64,000 bases of DNA. Origin: an uncultured Gemmatimonadales bacterium. GTDB taxonomy: Bacteria > Gemmatimonadota > Gemmatimonadetes > Longimicrobiales > RSA9. The notes under the pieces were generated by a model. The model had not been told where the DNA came from and did not search any database. It saw nothing but the letters and a program-made list of their open reading frames with translations. The position numbers and the translations under genes were made by a program. The stretch covers positions 256,001 to 320,000 of the forward strand of contig CAWFKH010000001.1 of assembly GCA_963816355.1 (NCBI GenBank). Direction: 5' to 3'. The number at the start of each line of letters is the position of its first letter. Within the stretch, counting starts at the first letter, position 1. Of the stretch, positions 37,765-48,140 are shown piece by piece.

Positions 37765-39240
37765 ATGAGCGACGCGAAAACGGACGATCCCGGCCGCCTG
37801 CTCGATCCGGGCCAGCGCGGCGTCGGCGACATGGACCCGGATTCGTTCCGCCGCCACGGCCATGCGGTGATCGACTGGATCGCGGACTACTTGGCCGGCG
37901 TCGGCGGGCTGCCGGTACTGGCGCCGGTGGAACCCGGCGACGTGAAGGCGTCGTTGCCGGTCGCGCCGCCGGAGTCGCCGGAGCCGATGCAGTTGATCCT
38001 GAGCGATTTCCAGCGCCTCATAGTACCGGCGACGACGCACTGGAACCACCCCGCCTTCCACGGCTACTTCGCGATCACGGGCTCCGGCCCGGGGATTCTG
38101 GGGGAAGCACTGTCGGCCGCGCTCAACGTGAACGCGATGTTGTGGCGGACCGGCCCGGCGGCGACGGAGCTCGAGGAGGTGACGCTCGACTGGCTGCGCC
38201 AGATGGTGGGGCTGCCGGAGGCGTTCGAGGGGGTGATCCACGACACTGCGTCGTCGAGCACGTTCTACGCGCTCGCCGCGGCGCGGGAGCTCGCGCCGGA
38301 GCTGCGGTTGCGCGAGGGAGGTCTGGCGGGGAGGCCGGAAGTGCCGCGGCTGCGCGTCTACTGCTCCGAGGAGGCGCACTCGAGCGTGGACAAGGCGGCG
38401 ATCGCGCTCGGGCTCGGCATCGACGGCGTACGCCGCATCGAGACGGACGCGGAGCTGCGCATGGATGCGGCCGCGCTCGATCGTGCGGTGGCGGAGGATC
38501 GCGCGCTCGGGGTGCGTCCGCTCGCCGTCGTCGCCACGGTAGGCACGACGTCGACGACGGCGGTCGACCCGGTCGCGGCGATCGCCGCGATCTGTGAGCG
38601 GGAAGGGTTGTGGCTCCACGTCGACGCATCCTACGGCGGCGCGGCGGCGGTCCTGCCGGAGAAGCGGTGGGTGCTGGAAGGCTGCGAGCGGGCGGATTCG
38701 ATCGTGATGAATCCGCACAAGTGGCTCTTCGTGCCGATCGACTGCTCGGCGCTCTACACGCGGCGGCCGGATCTGCTGCGGGCCGCCTTCAGCCTGGTGC
38801 CGGAGTATTTGAAGGCGCCGGAGACGGACGTCCGCAACCTGATGGACTACGGTCTGGCGATGGGGCGCCGCTTCCGGGCGCTGAAGCTGTGGTTCGTGTT
38901 GCGCTACTTCGGCGTGGCGGGGGTGCGCGCCCGGCTGCGCGAGCACATCCGGCTGGCGGCCGACTTCGCGCGATGGGTGGAGAGCGAGCCGGGGTGGGAG
39001 CGCCTGGTGCCGGCGCCGTTCTCGGTCGTCGTCTTCCGCCGCCATCCTACCGGTGCGACGGAGGCGGAGATCGAGCGCACGAACGAGCTGCTGCTCGATC
39101 GCATCAACCGGGGCGGCGAGGCGTTCCTTTCGCACACACGCGTGCGAGGCCGGTACGCACTGCGTTTCGCGGTGGGGAACCTGCGCACGACGGCGGCCGA
39201 AGTGGAGGCGGTGCAGGCGCTTCTGCGCGCGCACGGCTGA
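37765..39240 (+). CDS. PLP-dependent aromatic-L-amino-acid decarboxylase family protein
   Basis: HWNHP, PAATELE, HVDASYGG, NPHKW, GRRFRALKLW. Confidence 0.92.
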   Translation: MSDAKTDDPGRLLDPGQRGVGDMDPDSFRRHGHAVIDWIADYLAGVGGLPVLAPVEPGDVKASLPVAPPESPEPMQLILSDFQRLIVPATTHWNHPAFHGYFAITGSGPGILGEALSAALNVNAMLWRTGPAATELEEVTLDWLRQMVGLPEAFEGVIHDTASSSTFYALAAARELAPELRLREGGLAGRPEVPRLRVYCSEEAHSSVDKAAIALGLGIDGVRRIETDAELRMDAAALDRAVAEDRALGVRPLAVVATVGTTSTTAVDPVAAIAAICEREGLWLHVDASYGGAAAVLPEKRWVLEGCERADSIVMNPHKWLFVPIDCSALYTRRPDLLRAAFSLVPEYLKAPETDVRNLMDYGLAMGRRFRALKLWFVLRYFGVAGVRARLREHIRLAADFARWVESEPGWERLVPAPFSVVVFRRHPTGATEAEIERTNELLLDRINRGGEAFLSHTRVRGRYALRFAVGNLRTTAAEVEAVQALLRAHG

Positions 39241-39379
39241 AGGCGGCGCCGGCTGCCTGGCCGCGCGGCGGAAAAGAACAACCTTGCCTCCGACCGCGGG
39301 AGCGGAGCATATTCCGCATACCCTCCCCGCACGGTTTCGAGTGCACCCGCGATCTCACCCGACAGATCCGGACTCTTCT

Positions 39380-41374
39380 GTGGTGTCGACAGAATCATCG
39401 ACCGCGCTAGCGGCGACAGCCATTCTCGTGGGGAATCAGCGGCGCAGGCGCCGCGTTTCGCTGACGTTGATCCTGCTCGCGCTGGCGGCGGCGACGTCGT
39501 TCTACCTGCTCACGCCGGAGGGCCGCCTGCGCGCCGCGGGGGGCTACCTTCTGCTCGGGGGTTCCCCGATCGCGGCGGCCGCGGCGGCGCTGTTCGCGGC
39601 GCGGCGGTGCGACGAGAGCCTGCGCTCGGCCTGGCTCGTGTTCGCGCTCGCGAGCCTGAGCGTGGCGAGCGCGGAGATCCTGATCCTGCTGCAGGCGATC
39701 GGGTTGCGGCTGCCGATCGCGTCGGAGACGGCGCTCGCGCCGTTCCTCCTCTTCCATCCACTCTTCTGGGTCGCCGCGATCCGCGCGCGGGCACACCCGG
39801 CCGACAGCGAGGCGCTGACCGACATCAGCCTGGACGCGGCGCTCATCCTCGGCTGCGCGGCGATCGTGATGCTGCGCTTCGTGTGGGAGCCGGCGGGGCC
39901 GGTGAATCTCGGCTCGAACCCGCTGTTCCTGCCGATGCTGGGCATGCAGATGGGAGCGCTGGGCTCCCTCTTCTTCGCCGGGATGCTGATGTTGTGGCAG
40001 GACACGGCGCTGCCGCAGCGCTCCGCCGCCGCGTTCGTCGCCGCGGCGGCGGTGTTCGCGGTGGGCGGCATTCTGGTCACGAAGGGCTACGACCCGGATC
40101 CGCTGATGCCGGGGGACCGCGTCGATCTCGTCTGGATCGTCGGGTGGGCGCTGATGATCTACGCAGCCATCGAGGGGGCGGGACCGCCGCTCGGGGACCG
40201 CGAGGTGCACGCCGGCCACCTGGCGGAGAGGCTGCCGGGAACGATCGTGCCCGCGGCCGCGCTGCTGCTCGCGCTGATGGCGGTGGACGCGCTGCGGCGG
40301 CCGCTGCATGCGGCCACCGTCTTCGCGCTGGCGGGGACCGGCTGGCTGCTCGCGCTGCGCACGCGCAGGGCGCTGAGCAGCGCTCGCGAGCGGCGCGACG
40401 AGCGACGTCGCCTGGCGCACACGCGCGCGCTCGTCGAGGTGAGCCGCAACCTCGCCTGCGTCACCGACGTGGACGAGACGCTGCATCTGGTGGGAGAGTG
40501 GGCGTGCCGGCTGCTGAACGCGCCGTCGGCGGGGATCGAGCTGGTGACGCCGGATGGGCGCATGCTCGAGATGCGCGCGGTCTCGAACCTGCCGCAGACC
40601 GCGATCGGAATGCGCTTCCCGGTCGAGGACAGCTACACTGGTCGCGTGGTGCGAAGCGGGCTGCCGGAGGCGACGGCGGACGCCTCGTCGGATCCGGACA
40701 TCCACGAGGCGAGCATCCGGCTGGTCGGACATTCGACGGTGGCGGCGGTGCCGCTGCGCTTCCGGGACCGCATCCTGGGCGTGCTCTTCGCGTGCCGACG
40801 GCCGCGGCCGTTCACGGAATCGGACCTCGAGGTGCTGCAGGCGCTGGCCGACCAGGCCGCGACGGCGATCGAGAACGCGCGTCTCTTCGACCAGGTCCGG
40901 ACGCTGTCGCTCACCGACCCGCTCACGGGGCTGGCGAACCGCCGCCAGCTCGAGCGCGACATGGAGCGGGAGTTCGCGGCGGCGCAGCGGGGCCGCAAGC
41001 TGACGGTCGTCCTCTTCGACCTCGACAACTTCAAGACGTACAACGACACCCGCGGCCACATCGCGGGAGACCAGCTACTGCGCCTGTTCGGCACCGTCCT
41101 CGGCACCGCCACGCGCGCGATGAACCTCGCGGCGCGCTACGGCGGGGACGAGTTCGTCGCGGTGCTCGCGGACTGCGACGCGGCCGGGGCCGAGATCTTC
41201 GTGAGCCGCCTGCGGCGCCGCTTCCAGCAGGCGACGGCGGCGGCGCAGGCGGGCGACGTCACGCTCAGCGCGGGGATCGCGGAGTACGAAGCGTCGATCC
41301 ACTCCGTGGAGGAGCTGGTCCTGCGCGCGGACGAAGCGCTCTACGCCGAGAAGTTTCAGCGTACCGCCTCCTGA
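39380..41374 (+). CDS. Membrane sensor-GAF-GGDEF diguanylate cyclase
   Basis: Multi-TM N-terminus, GAF, TDPLTGLANRR, DLDNFK.YND, RYGGDEF; start approximate. Confidence 0.88.
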   Translation: MVSTESSTALAATAILVGNQRRRRRVSLTLILLALAAATSFYLLTPEGRLRAAGGYLLLGGSPIAAAAAALFAARRCDESLRSAWLVFALASLSVASAEILILLQAIGLRLPIASETALAPFLLFHPLFWVAAIRARAHPADSEALTDISLDAALILGCAAIVMLRFVWEPAGPVNLGSNPLFLPMLGMQMGALGSLFFAGMLMLWQDTALPQRSAAAFVAAAAVFAVGGILVTKGYDPDPLMPGDRVDLVWIVGWALMIYAAIEGAGPPLGDREVHAGHLAERLPGTIVPAAALLLALMAVDALRRPLHAATVFALAGTGWLLALRTRRALSSARERRDERRRLAHTRALVEVSRNLACVTDVDETLHLVGEWACRLLNAPSAGIELVTPDGRMLEMRAVSNLPQTAIGMRFPVEDSYTGRVVRSGLPEATADASSDPDIHEASIRLVGHSTVAAVPLRFRDRILGVLFACRRPRPFTESDLEVLQALADQAATAIENARLFDQVRTLSLTDPLTGLANRRQLERDMEREFAAAQRGRKLTVVLFDLDNFKTYNDTRGHIAGDQLLRLFGTVLGTATRAMNLAARYGGDEFVAVLADCDAAGAEIFVSRLRRRFQQATAAAQAGDVTLSAGIAEYEASIHSVEELVLRADEALYAEKFQRTAS

Positions 41375-42201
41375 TCCGGGCGGCGCCGCAGCACGTAGTT
41401 CCCCACATCTCCTCCGCGCACGAAGTCGACGGCGCGGAACCCTCTTTCGAAGGCCGATTCGAACGCCGCGCGCGTGACGGCGCGCCATTCCCGTGCGAGG
41501 CCGGCGTCGTCCGCCTTGAGCCGCTGAATCGCCGCTGGCACGGCCAGCCGTAGGGTGCGTCCCTCCGCATCGTGGGCGAGGGGCTCAGGCCAGCGCGTCC
41601 GGGTTCGCGAGGACACGAGGGCGGGGAGTCGCGAGGAGCGCTCGGCGCGCCGGCGGTCCTCGGCGGCGGAAGCGCCTGCGAGTCGACGTCGCACGCGGCG
41701 GCTCGCGATCGGCCAATCGGCGAGGAGGCGGTCGGTGCCGAGCCCGGCGTGGAGCGGCGAGTCGGTGTCGCCGTAGTGGTCGCGGAGGTACTCGCCGCAG
41801 ACGGCGCCGAGGCGGGCGAGATTGAGGTACGCGTTGCGGGCCTCGAGCGGATCGAAGGTCCAGAGCACGTGCCGAACGCCGAGCGCGAGCTGCCTATCAC
41901 GCTGGAAGCGCTTGAGCCGCTCGCCGATGCGGCGGTCGCGGCGATCGGTGCGCACGGCCAGGATGTCCGACCAGTGGAGCGGGCGTCCGCGGCTGAAGCC
42001 GCCGATGCCGATCACGGTGCCGACGAGGGCGTCGCCTTCGAACGCGCCGGCGACGAGGCCGCCGGTGCGCGGCAGCGTGCGGAGCAGGGAGAGGGGCACG
42101 ATCTCGGTGCACTCCGCTCCCCAGGTGTGCCGCTGCAGCTCGACGCACGCGCGCAGCTCTTCGATCGTGCGGAGCTCGCGGATCTCGATCGTTTCCGTCA
42201 C
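41356..42201 (-). CDS. GNAT-family acyltransferase (D-amino-acid N-succinyltransferase-like)
   Basis: WTFDPL..RNA.LN...LGA....Y..D.YG, TDRL motifs. Confidence 0.75.
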   Translation of the reverse strand: MTETIEIRELRTIEELRACVELQRHTWGAECTEIVPLSLLRTLPRTGGLVAGAFEGDALVGTVIGIGGFSRGRPLHWSDILAVRTDRRDRRIGERLKRFQRDRQLALGVRHVLWTFDPLEARNAYLNLARLGAVCGEYLRDHYGDTDSPLHAGLGTDRLLADWPIASRRVRRRLAGASAAEDRRRAERSSRLPALVSSRTRTRWPEPLAHDAEGRTLRLAVPAAIQRLKADDAGLAREWRAVTRAAFESAFERGFRAVDFVRGGDVGNYVLRRRPDQEAVR

Positions 42202-43328
42202 AGCGTTTCGACCAGAAGCTGTAGAAGGGCGACGCGGCGCGGCAGGTCAGCGAGCAGGACGTGCTCGTCGGCGGCGTGGGCGCCGCCGCCGTCCGGTCCG
42301 AGGCCGTCGAGGGTCGGCACGCCGAGCGCGGCGAGGAAGCTGCCGTCGCTGCCGCCCCCGGTGCCGCCCTCACCGAGTTCGAAGCCGACCTCCGCTGCGG
42401 CGCGCCGGGCGCGCTCGTACAGCGACGCGACGGCGGCGGTGCGCTCGAGCGGAGGCCGGTCCCCGCTCGGGACGAGCGCGACGCGGGCGTCGGCCTGCAC
42501 CGGCCGCAACGCGCCGAGAGCGAGGCGGATGCGGTCAGCCTCGGAGCGCGTCCAGCAGCGGACGTCGATCGCGGCCGAGGCCTCGGCGGCGACCACGTTG
42601 ACCGCGGAGCCGCCGCGGATCGTGCCGACGTTGATGGTGGTCCCCCGCTCCGGGTCCGCCAGCGCGAGGACGCGCGGCAACTGATGGGCGAGCTCGGCGA
42701 TCGCGCTGACGCCCTTCTCCGGATCGACGCCGGCGTGGGCGGCGCGGCCGTGGCAGACGAGGCGGTAGACGGCCACTCCCTTGCGGCGCGTCTTCGCGGC
42801 GCCGCCGGGGAGGGACGGCTCGAGGACGAGCGCGGCGGCGGCGCCGGCGGCGGCGCGCTCGAGCCACTCGCGCGAAGCGTCGGAACCCACTTCCTCGTCG
42901 CAGCTCGCGAGCACGAGAACGGGGCGCCGCGGGCGAGCGCCGGCCTCCCGGAGGCGGAGGAGCGCCTCGACGATCACGGCGAGGCCGGCCTTCATGTCGA
43001 AGGTACCGGGCCCCTCGACGCGGCCGTCGCGGACGACGAACGCGCGCCGGGCGAGGGTGCCGACGGGGTGCACGGTGTCGAAGTGGCCCAGCAGGACGAG
43101 CGGTTCGAGGGTCGGATCCGCGCCGGCAATGCGGGCCTCGACGTGGTGGCCCGCGGCGCCACGGTCGAGTTGCCGGACGTCGGCGCCGGCGCCGGCCAGG
43201 TCAGCGGCGAGGACCGCGGCGAGCGCGTCGAGACGGGCGGCGTTGCCGGAAGGGCTCTCGTGCTCGACGTAGCGCCGAAGCCGGTCGAGAATGCGATCGA
43301 CGTCGATGGCGGGGTCGGGAGCGGTCAC
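42198..43328 (-). CDS. M20 family metallopeptidase
   Basis: GHFDTV, DMKAG, DEEVGS, G.AAHAG, GGSDG, GAHA..E. Confidence 0.9.
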   Translation of the reverse strand: MTAPDPAIDVDRILDRLRRYVEHESPSGNAARLDALAAVLAADLAGAGADVRQLDRGAAGHHVEARIAGADPTLEPLVLLGHFDTVHPVGTLARRAFVVRDGRVEGPGTFDMKAGLAVIVEALLRLREAGARPRRPVLVLASCDEEVGSDASREWLERAAAGAAAALVLEPSLPGGAAKTRRKGVAVYRLVCHGRAAHAGVDPEKGVSAIAELAHQLPRVLALADPERGTTINVGTIRGGSAVNVVAAEASAAIDVRCWTRSEADRIRLALGALRPVQADARVALVPSGDRPPLERTAAVASLYERARRAAAEVGFELGEGGTGGGSDGSFLAALGVPTLDGLGPDGGGAHAADEHVLLADLPRRVALLQLLVETL

Positions 43329-43425
43329 GGTCCTCCCGTGGTACGGCGGAGCACGACCGCGCGCTCGAGCGGCGGCGCGCCCGGCGCGAGCGAGGCGGTC
43401 CCGCACGCCCGCGCCACAGGCGTGC

Positions 43426-44226
43426 TCACGTGCGGCTCCAGCGGCCGCCGTCGCGGCGCACGCGGCCGCCGGCGCGCAGGTGCTCGAGGTAGGCGGCGAT
43501 CGCGCCCTCCGCGGCGCGCCGCAAGGGCGCGGCGAGCCCGGTGCCGTAGACGCGGTCGACCAGCGAACGGCTGTCCGAAGCGCCGCGCGCGAGGGCGTCG
43601 AGGACCTGCTCCTCGCGCTCGGTCCGGTGGTCGATGTAGCGCGCGATCGCGGCCGCGGGGTCCGTGAAGGGCGCCCCGTGGGCGGGGTGGATCGTGCGCG
43701 GCTCTAGAGCGGCGATGCGGCGCAGCGAGTCGAGGTAGGCACCGAGATCGCCCTCGGGCGGTGCGACGAGGGCGGTGTCCTGGCCCCCGAGCATGAGGTC
43801 GCCACAGAAGAGGGCGGCGCGGGCCGGCCAGTGGAAGGCGACGTGGTCGCCCGTATGGCCAGGCGTCGCCACAGCGACCAGCGGCCCCGCGTCGGTCTCC
43901 ACGGCATCCCCGGGGGCGAGGGTGCGGTCGGCGAGCGCGCGCACGGGCGCGGAGCGAAGGCGCGCCAGCCGGGGCGCGGCGGCTGCGTGGTCGGGGTGGC
44001 GGTGCGTGAGCAGGATCGCCGTGACCTCCGCCTTTCCGAGGGCGTCCTGGATGGCCTGGATGTGGGCGTCGTCGGCGGGGCCGGGGTCGATCACGGCGGC
44101 GCGCCGGCGGCCGACGATGTAGGTGCGCGTGCCGTCGAGCGTCAGCGCGGAGGGGTTTCCGGCGAGGAGGACGCGCAGCGCGGGCGCCGCCGCGCCGCCC
44201 GTCGTCGTGTGCGGCGAGGCGGCCAT
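43426..44226 (-). CDS. MBL-fold metallo-hydrolase
   Basis: NPS.LTL.GT.TY, IDPGP, THRHPDH, TPGHT.DH, PAHG. Confidence 0.88.
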   Translation of the reverse strand: MAASPHTTTGGAAAPALRVLLAGNPSALTLDGTRTYIVGRRRAAVIDPGPADDAHIQAIQDALGKAEVTAILLTHRHPDHAAAAPRLARLRSAPVRALADRTLAPGDAVETDAGPLVAVATPGHTGDHVAFHWPARAALFCGDLMLGGQDTALVAPPEGDLGAYLDSLRRIAALEPRTIHPAHGAPFTDPAAAIARYIDHRTEREEQVLDALARGASDSRSLVDRVYGTGLAAPLRRAAEGAIAAYLEHLRAGGRVRRDGGRWSRT

Positions 44227-44236
44227 CGGCGAAGGC

Positions 44237-44704
44237 TCAGCGGCGCTCGGACATCAGCGCCTCGGCGAGCTTGTCGGCGACGAGCTGGATCTGCTGCTCA
44301 TCCTTCTCCGAGAACGCCTTGACGGTGTGGCTGTCGATGTCGATCTGACCCAGCACCTCGTCGCCGGCACGGATCAGGACCACCAGTTCCGACTTCACGC
44401 GCGGATTGCAGGCGAGGTAGTTCTCCACCTCGGTGACGTCGGGTACGAGCTGGTTCTGCTTCTCCTGCACGGCCGTGCCGCAGACGCCCTCGCCGACCGG
44501 AATCCGCGCGTGCTCGGTCGCCGTGCCCACGTAGTTGTGGAGCCAGAGGATCTGCTCGCCCGGGTCGAGCAGGTAGACGCCCACCCAGTTGAAGCGGTCG
44601 TCGGAGGTCTTGATCGACTTCACCGCCTCGCGCAGGATCGGCGCGGAGAGATAGCCTTCCTCGCGCATCTCCTGCAGTCGCTTCACCAGCTTCGTCGCAT
44701 CCAT
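44237..44704 (-). CDS. GAF protein, free methionine-(R)-sulfoxide reductase-like
   Basis: WVGVY, IP.GEGVCG, YLAC, SELVV, IDIDS. Confidence 0.85.
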   Translation of the reverse strand: MDATKLVKRLQEMREEGYLSAPILREAVKSIKTSDDRFNWVGVYLLDPGEQILWLHNYVGTATEHARIPVGEGVCGTAVQEKQNQLVPDVTEVENYLACNPRVKSELVVLIRAGDEVLGQIDIDSHTVKAFSEKDEQQIQLVADKLAEALMSERR

Positions 44705-44827
44705 GGTATCGTCAGTCCTCGCTTCGAGAGTCCAGGAATCCGCGCCCGCCGCGGCGCGTGGCGCAGGCGGCCGTCCGCTCGGCCGGGGTCGACGGCTCGG
44801 CCGGGGGCTCGCGGCGCGGCCGCGCGT

Positions 44828-45496
44828 TCACCGCTCGGCCGGGGTGTCCATGGCGCGGCCGGGCGTTCGCTCCAGCGCGCCCGGGTCGAGCAGCACGGCC
44901 CGCGCCGGGGCGCTGTCCGCCTCCTCGAGCCGCAGCGGCAGCACGACCAGGGTATAATCGCCGGCGGCGACGTCCGTCAACACCAGGTTCTCGACGATCG
45001 CGACGCCGGCGGCCGCGAGCACGTGGTGCGTGTCGAGCGTCTTCGAGTCGGGCGGATCGACGGACGGCGTGTCGGTGCCGACCAGACGCACGCCCGCGTC
45101 GACGAGCCGGCGGGCCAACGCGGGCGCGATGGCGGCGAAACGGCCGGGCTGCGCGCCGCCCGGCCACTCGACGCCGGTGCGGAAGAGCACGCGGCGCGCG
45201 CCGGCGATGCCGACGTCGTCGAAGAGCGCGGCATCGAGATCGCGCCCGCGCGCGTCCACCACACGAGCCGGCCCGATCATCGCGTCGAGCGGCTGCTCGC
45301 CAATGGGGCGGCCGTGCGGCTCGACGTGGAGCGGTCCATCGACGTGGGTCGCGGCGTGGACGCTCGTGGAGATCGCCGCCACGTTGACGGAGTCGCCGCG
45401 GTCGAGGCGCATCGTCCACTCGATCGAGACGGCGCGGTCGCCGGGCCAGACGCCGGTGCCGCCGCCGAGCGGGCGCGTGATGTCATGGATGCGCAC
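44828..45496 (-). CDS. Cyclase family protein (kynurenine formamidase KynB-like)
   Basis: VWPGD, H..THVD.P.H, GTDTPSVD, IVENL, PARAVL. Confidence 0.85.
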   Translation of the reverse strand: MRIHDITRPLGGGTGVWPGDRAVSIEWTMRLDRGDSVNVAAISTSVHAATHVDGPLHVEPHGRPIGEQPLDAMIGPARVVDARGRDLDAALFDDVGIAGARRVLFRTGVEWPGGAQPGRFAAIAPALARRLVDAGVRLVGTDTPSVDPPDSKTLDTHHVLAAAGVAIVENLVLTDVAAGDYTLVVLPLRLEEADSAPARAVLLDPGALERTPGRAMDTPAER

Positions 45497-45507
45497 GCTC
45501 CCCCGTC

Positions 45508-46572
45508 TCAGCGGGGCACGAGGTCGGTGTCCGGCGCGAGGTCGCGCACGAAGGCGGCGATCAGGCGCGCGGCGGCGTCGAGGTCGTCGAGGCTCACGAT
45601 CTCGTTCGGCGAATGCATGTAGCGGTTCGGCACGGAGACGACGCCGGTCGGCACGCCGGCGCGTGACAGGTAGATGGCGTCGGCGTCGGTCGAGGTGAAG
45701 CGGGGCGAGGCCGTGATCGTGTACGCGATCAATGCGCGCTCGGCGGCGGCGACGAGGCGGTCGAAGACGACCGGGTGCGCGGCCGAGCCGCGGGCCAGCA
45801 CGGGTCCGCCGCCGAGGCGGTGCTCGCCCAGCTCCTTCTTCTCGAGCCCGGGCGCGTCCGTCGCGAACGTGACGTCCACGACGATGGCGACATCCGGCTC
45901 CAGACGGAACGCGCTGGTGCGCGCGCCGCCGCCGGAGTAGCCGATCTCCTCCTGCGCCGTCGCGACGGCGGTGACGCGCGCCGGCGGCGGGTCGTCCGCC
46001 AGGAGCCGGAGCGCCTCGAGCACGACGAAGGCGCCGATGCGGTTGTCGACCGCGCGGCTCGCGATGCGGCCCTGGCCGAGCTCGACGAGCGCGGCATCGA
46101 TCACGCCGGCATCGCCGACGCGGAGGCCGGCGGCCGTGGCCGCGGCGCGGTCGGCGGCGCCGACGTCGATCCACAGGTCGCGGATCTTCGACGCCTTCTC
46201 CTTCTCGTCGCCCTTGATCAGGTGGATCGGCTTCTTGCCGACGACGCCGACCACCGGACCCTCGCGGCCTAGCAGGCGGATCCGCTGGCCCACGAGAACC
46301 TGCGGATCCCAGCCGCCGATGCCGTCGAAGTAGACGTAGCCCTCGTCGTCGATGTGCGTCACCATCACGCCGATCTCGTCGATGTGGCCCGCGAGCATGA
46401 CGCGCGGGGCACCGCCGCCGCGCAGCGTCGCCATCGAGTTGCCGCTCACGTCGACGTCGACCTCGTCGGCGAAGCGCTCCGCCTCGGCGCGCCACACCCG
46501 CGCGGGAAGCGCCTCGAAGCCGCTCGGTCCCGGCTCGTCCAGGAGCCGTCTGAGGAATTCCATCGACTGCAC
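45508..46572 (-). CDS. M42 family metallopeptidase
   Basis: PSGFE, GHIDEIG, DNRIG, QEEIG, TDAD, RYMHS. Confidence 0.92.
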   Translation of the reverse strand: MQSMEFLRRLLDEPGPSGFEALPARVWRAEAERFADEVDVDVSGNSMATLRGGGAPRVMLAGHIDEIGVMVTHIDDEGYVYFDGIGGWDPQVLVGQRIRLLGREGPVVGVVGKKPIHLIKGDEKEKASKIRDLWIDVGAADRAAATAAGLRVGDAGVIDAALVELGQGRIASRAVDNRIGAFVVLEALRLLADDPPPARVTAVATAQEEIGYSGGGARTSAFRLEPDVAIVVDVTFATDAPGLEKKELGEHRLGGGPVLARGSAAHPVVFDRLVAAAERALIAYTITASPRFTSTDADAIYLSRAGVPTGVVSVPNRYMHSPNEIVSLDDLDAAARLIAAFVRDLAPDTDLVPR

Positions 46573-46799
46573 GTCGCCGTCCCCTCCCGTTCACGACAGT
46601 AGAGCACGCCAAGGTATGCGCCGCGCCGGGGCATACGCCAGTCCCCGCGCGGCGCGATTCGCTTGCACGCCGCCCGCGGCCGGCCTACCATCGGGGAAGG
46701 TGATCGAGCCCCGTCGTCGCCGGGGCTGTGCGGATCCTTCGACAGCCTCCCCGGTACGACACGCGCATGGCGGGCGCCCAGACTCGACGCGGGGGAACA

Positions 46800-48011
46800 G
46801 TGGAGCAGACGTATTTCCGGCGCGGCTTCGGCCTGAAGAAGGAGGTCGAGCCGATCCTCACGTCGGAGTATCACAGCAATCTGGTGGAGGAGATCCGCGC
46901 GCGCGGCTACACCGCCACGTTCGGCGACGTGACGGTACGGCTGGCGCGCGAGTTCGGTTTCTGTTACGGCGTCGACCGCGCCGTCGACTATGCCTACGAG
47001 ACGGCGCACAAGTTCCCCGGGCGACGCATCTTCCTGGTCGGCGAGATCATCCACAACCCGTTCGTGAACCGCCGCATGCGGGAGATGGGGATCACCTTCC
47101 TCTATCCCGCGCCGGATGGCGGGTTCGATTTCTCGCCGCTCACGCCGGGGGACGTGGTGATCCTGCCGGCGTTCGGCGTGACCCGCAGCGATTTCGAGCG
47201 GCTGCAGGAGATCGGCTGCGTCCTGGTCGACACCACGTGCGGCTCGGTGCTCGTCGTGTGGAAGCGCGTCGACGGGTATGCGAAGGATGGCTTCACCGCG
47301 CTCGTCCACGGCAAGTACCAGCACGAGGAGACGCGCGCGACCGTCTCGCAGACGCTCGGGCATCCGGACGGGCGCTACATCATCGTCCGTGACATCGAGG
47401 AGGCCCGGCTCGTCTGTGACTACATCGAGGGAGGCGACGCCGCGCTCTCTCGCGACGCGTTCCTCGCGCACTTCGCCGAGAAGGCGACTCCGGGCTTCGA
47501 CCCGGACGCGGACCTGGTCCGCATCGGGGTGGCGAATCAGACGACGATGCTCGCCGGAGAGTCGCTCGCGATCGCGGCGGAGGTACGCGCCAGTCTGGAG
47601 CGGCGGTGGGGCGCCGGCAGCGTCGACGCCCACTTCCGCTCCTTCGACACGATCTGCTCCGCGACGCAGGAGCGGCAGGACGCGGTGGCGAAGCTGATGG
47701 AGGAGCCGCCCGACATCATGCTGGTGATCGGCGGCTACAACTCGTCGAACACGAACCACCTGGCGCACATGTGCCGCCAGCACACCGCGACCTTCCACAT
47801 CGCGGACTCGGAGTGCATCGATGTGGAGGGCAACGCGATCCGGCACAAGCCGCGGCTGCCCGCCGACTGCCCGGAGGAGCGCGTGCAGGGCTGGATTCCG
47901 GAACGCGCCTTCTCGATCGGGCTCACCGCCGGTGCCTCGACGCCGAACAGCAAGATCGGCGAGGCGATCGCGCGCGTACTGGCGACGCGCGGGCTGGACG
48001 CGCCGGTCTAG
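46800..48011 (+). CDS. ispH: 4-hydroxy-3-methylbut-2-enyl diphosphate reductase
   Basis: FGFCYGV, IIHN, DTTC, HEE, NQTT, DTIC.AT..RQ, SSNT, AGASTP. Confidence 0.95.
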   Translation: MEQTYFRRGFGLKKEVEPILTSEYHSNLVEEIRARGYTATFGDVTVRLAREFGFCYGVDRAVDYAYETAHKFPGRRIFLVGEIIHNPFVNRRMREMGITFLYPAPDGGFDFSPLTPGDVVILPAFGVTRSDFERLQEIGCVLVDTTCGSVLVVWKRVDGYAKDGFTALVHGKYQHEETRATVSQTLGHPDGRYIIVRDIEEARLVCDYIEGGDAALSRDAFLAHFAEKATPGFDPDADLVRIGVANQTTMLAGESLAIAAEVRASLERRWGAGSVDAHFRSFDTICSATQERQDAVAKLMEEPPDIMLVIGGYNSSNTNHLAHMCRQHTATFHIADSECIDVEGNAIRHKPRLPADCPEERVQGWIPERAFSIGLTAGASTPNSKIGEAIARVLATRGLDAPV

Positions 48012-48140
48012 ACAGGCCGGCGGGGCGGGGGCGCCGGCCGGGCGCCTGCGGGCATGGCGCGCGGCCGTGGCGCGCTCCCTGCACGAGCAGAGCCGGTACC
48101 GACAGCGGCCGCGGCGGGTGCCGACGGCCGTGCGATCTCA

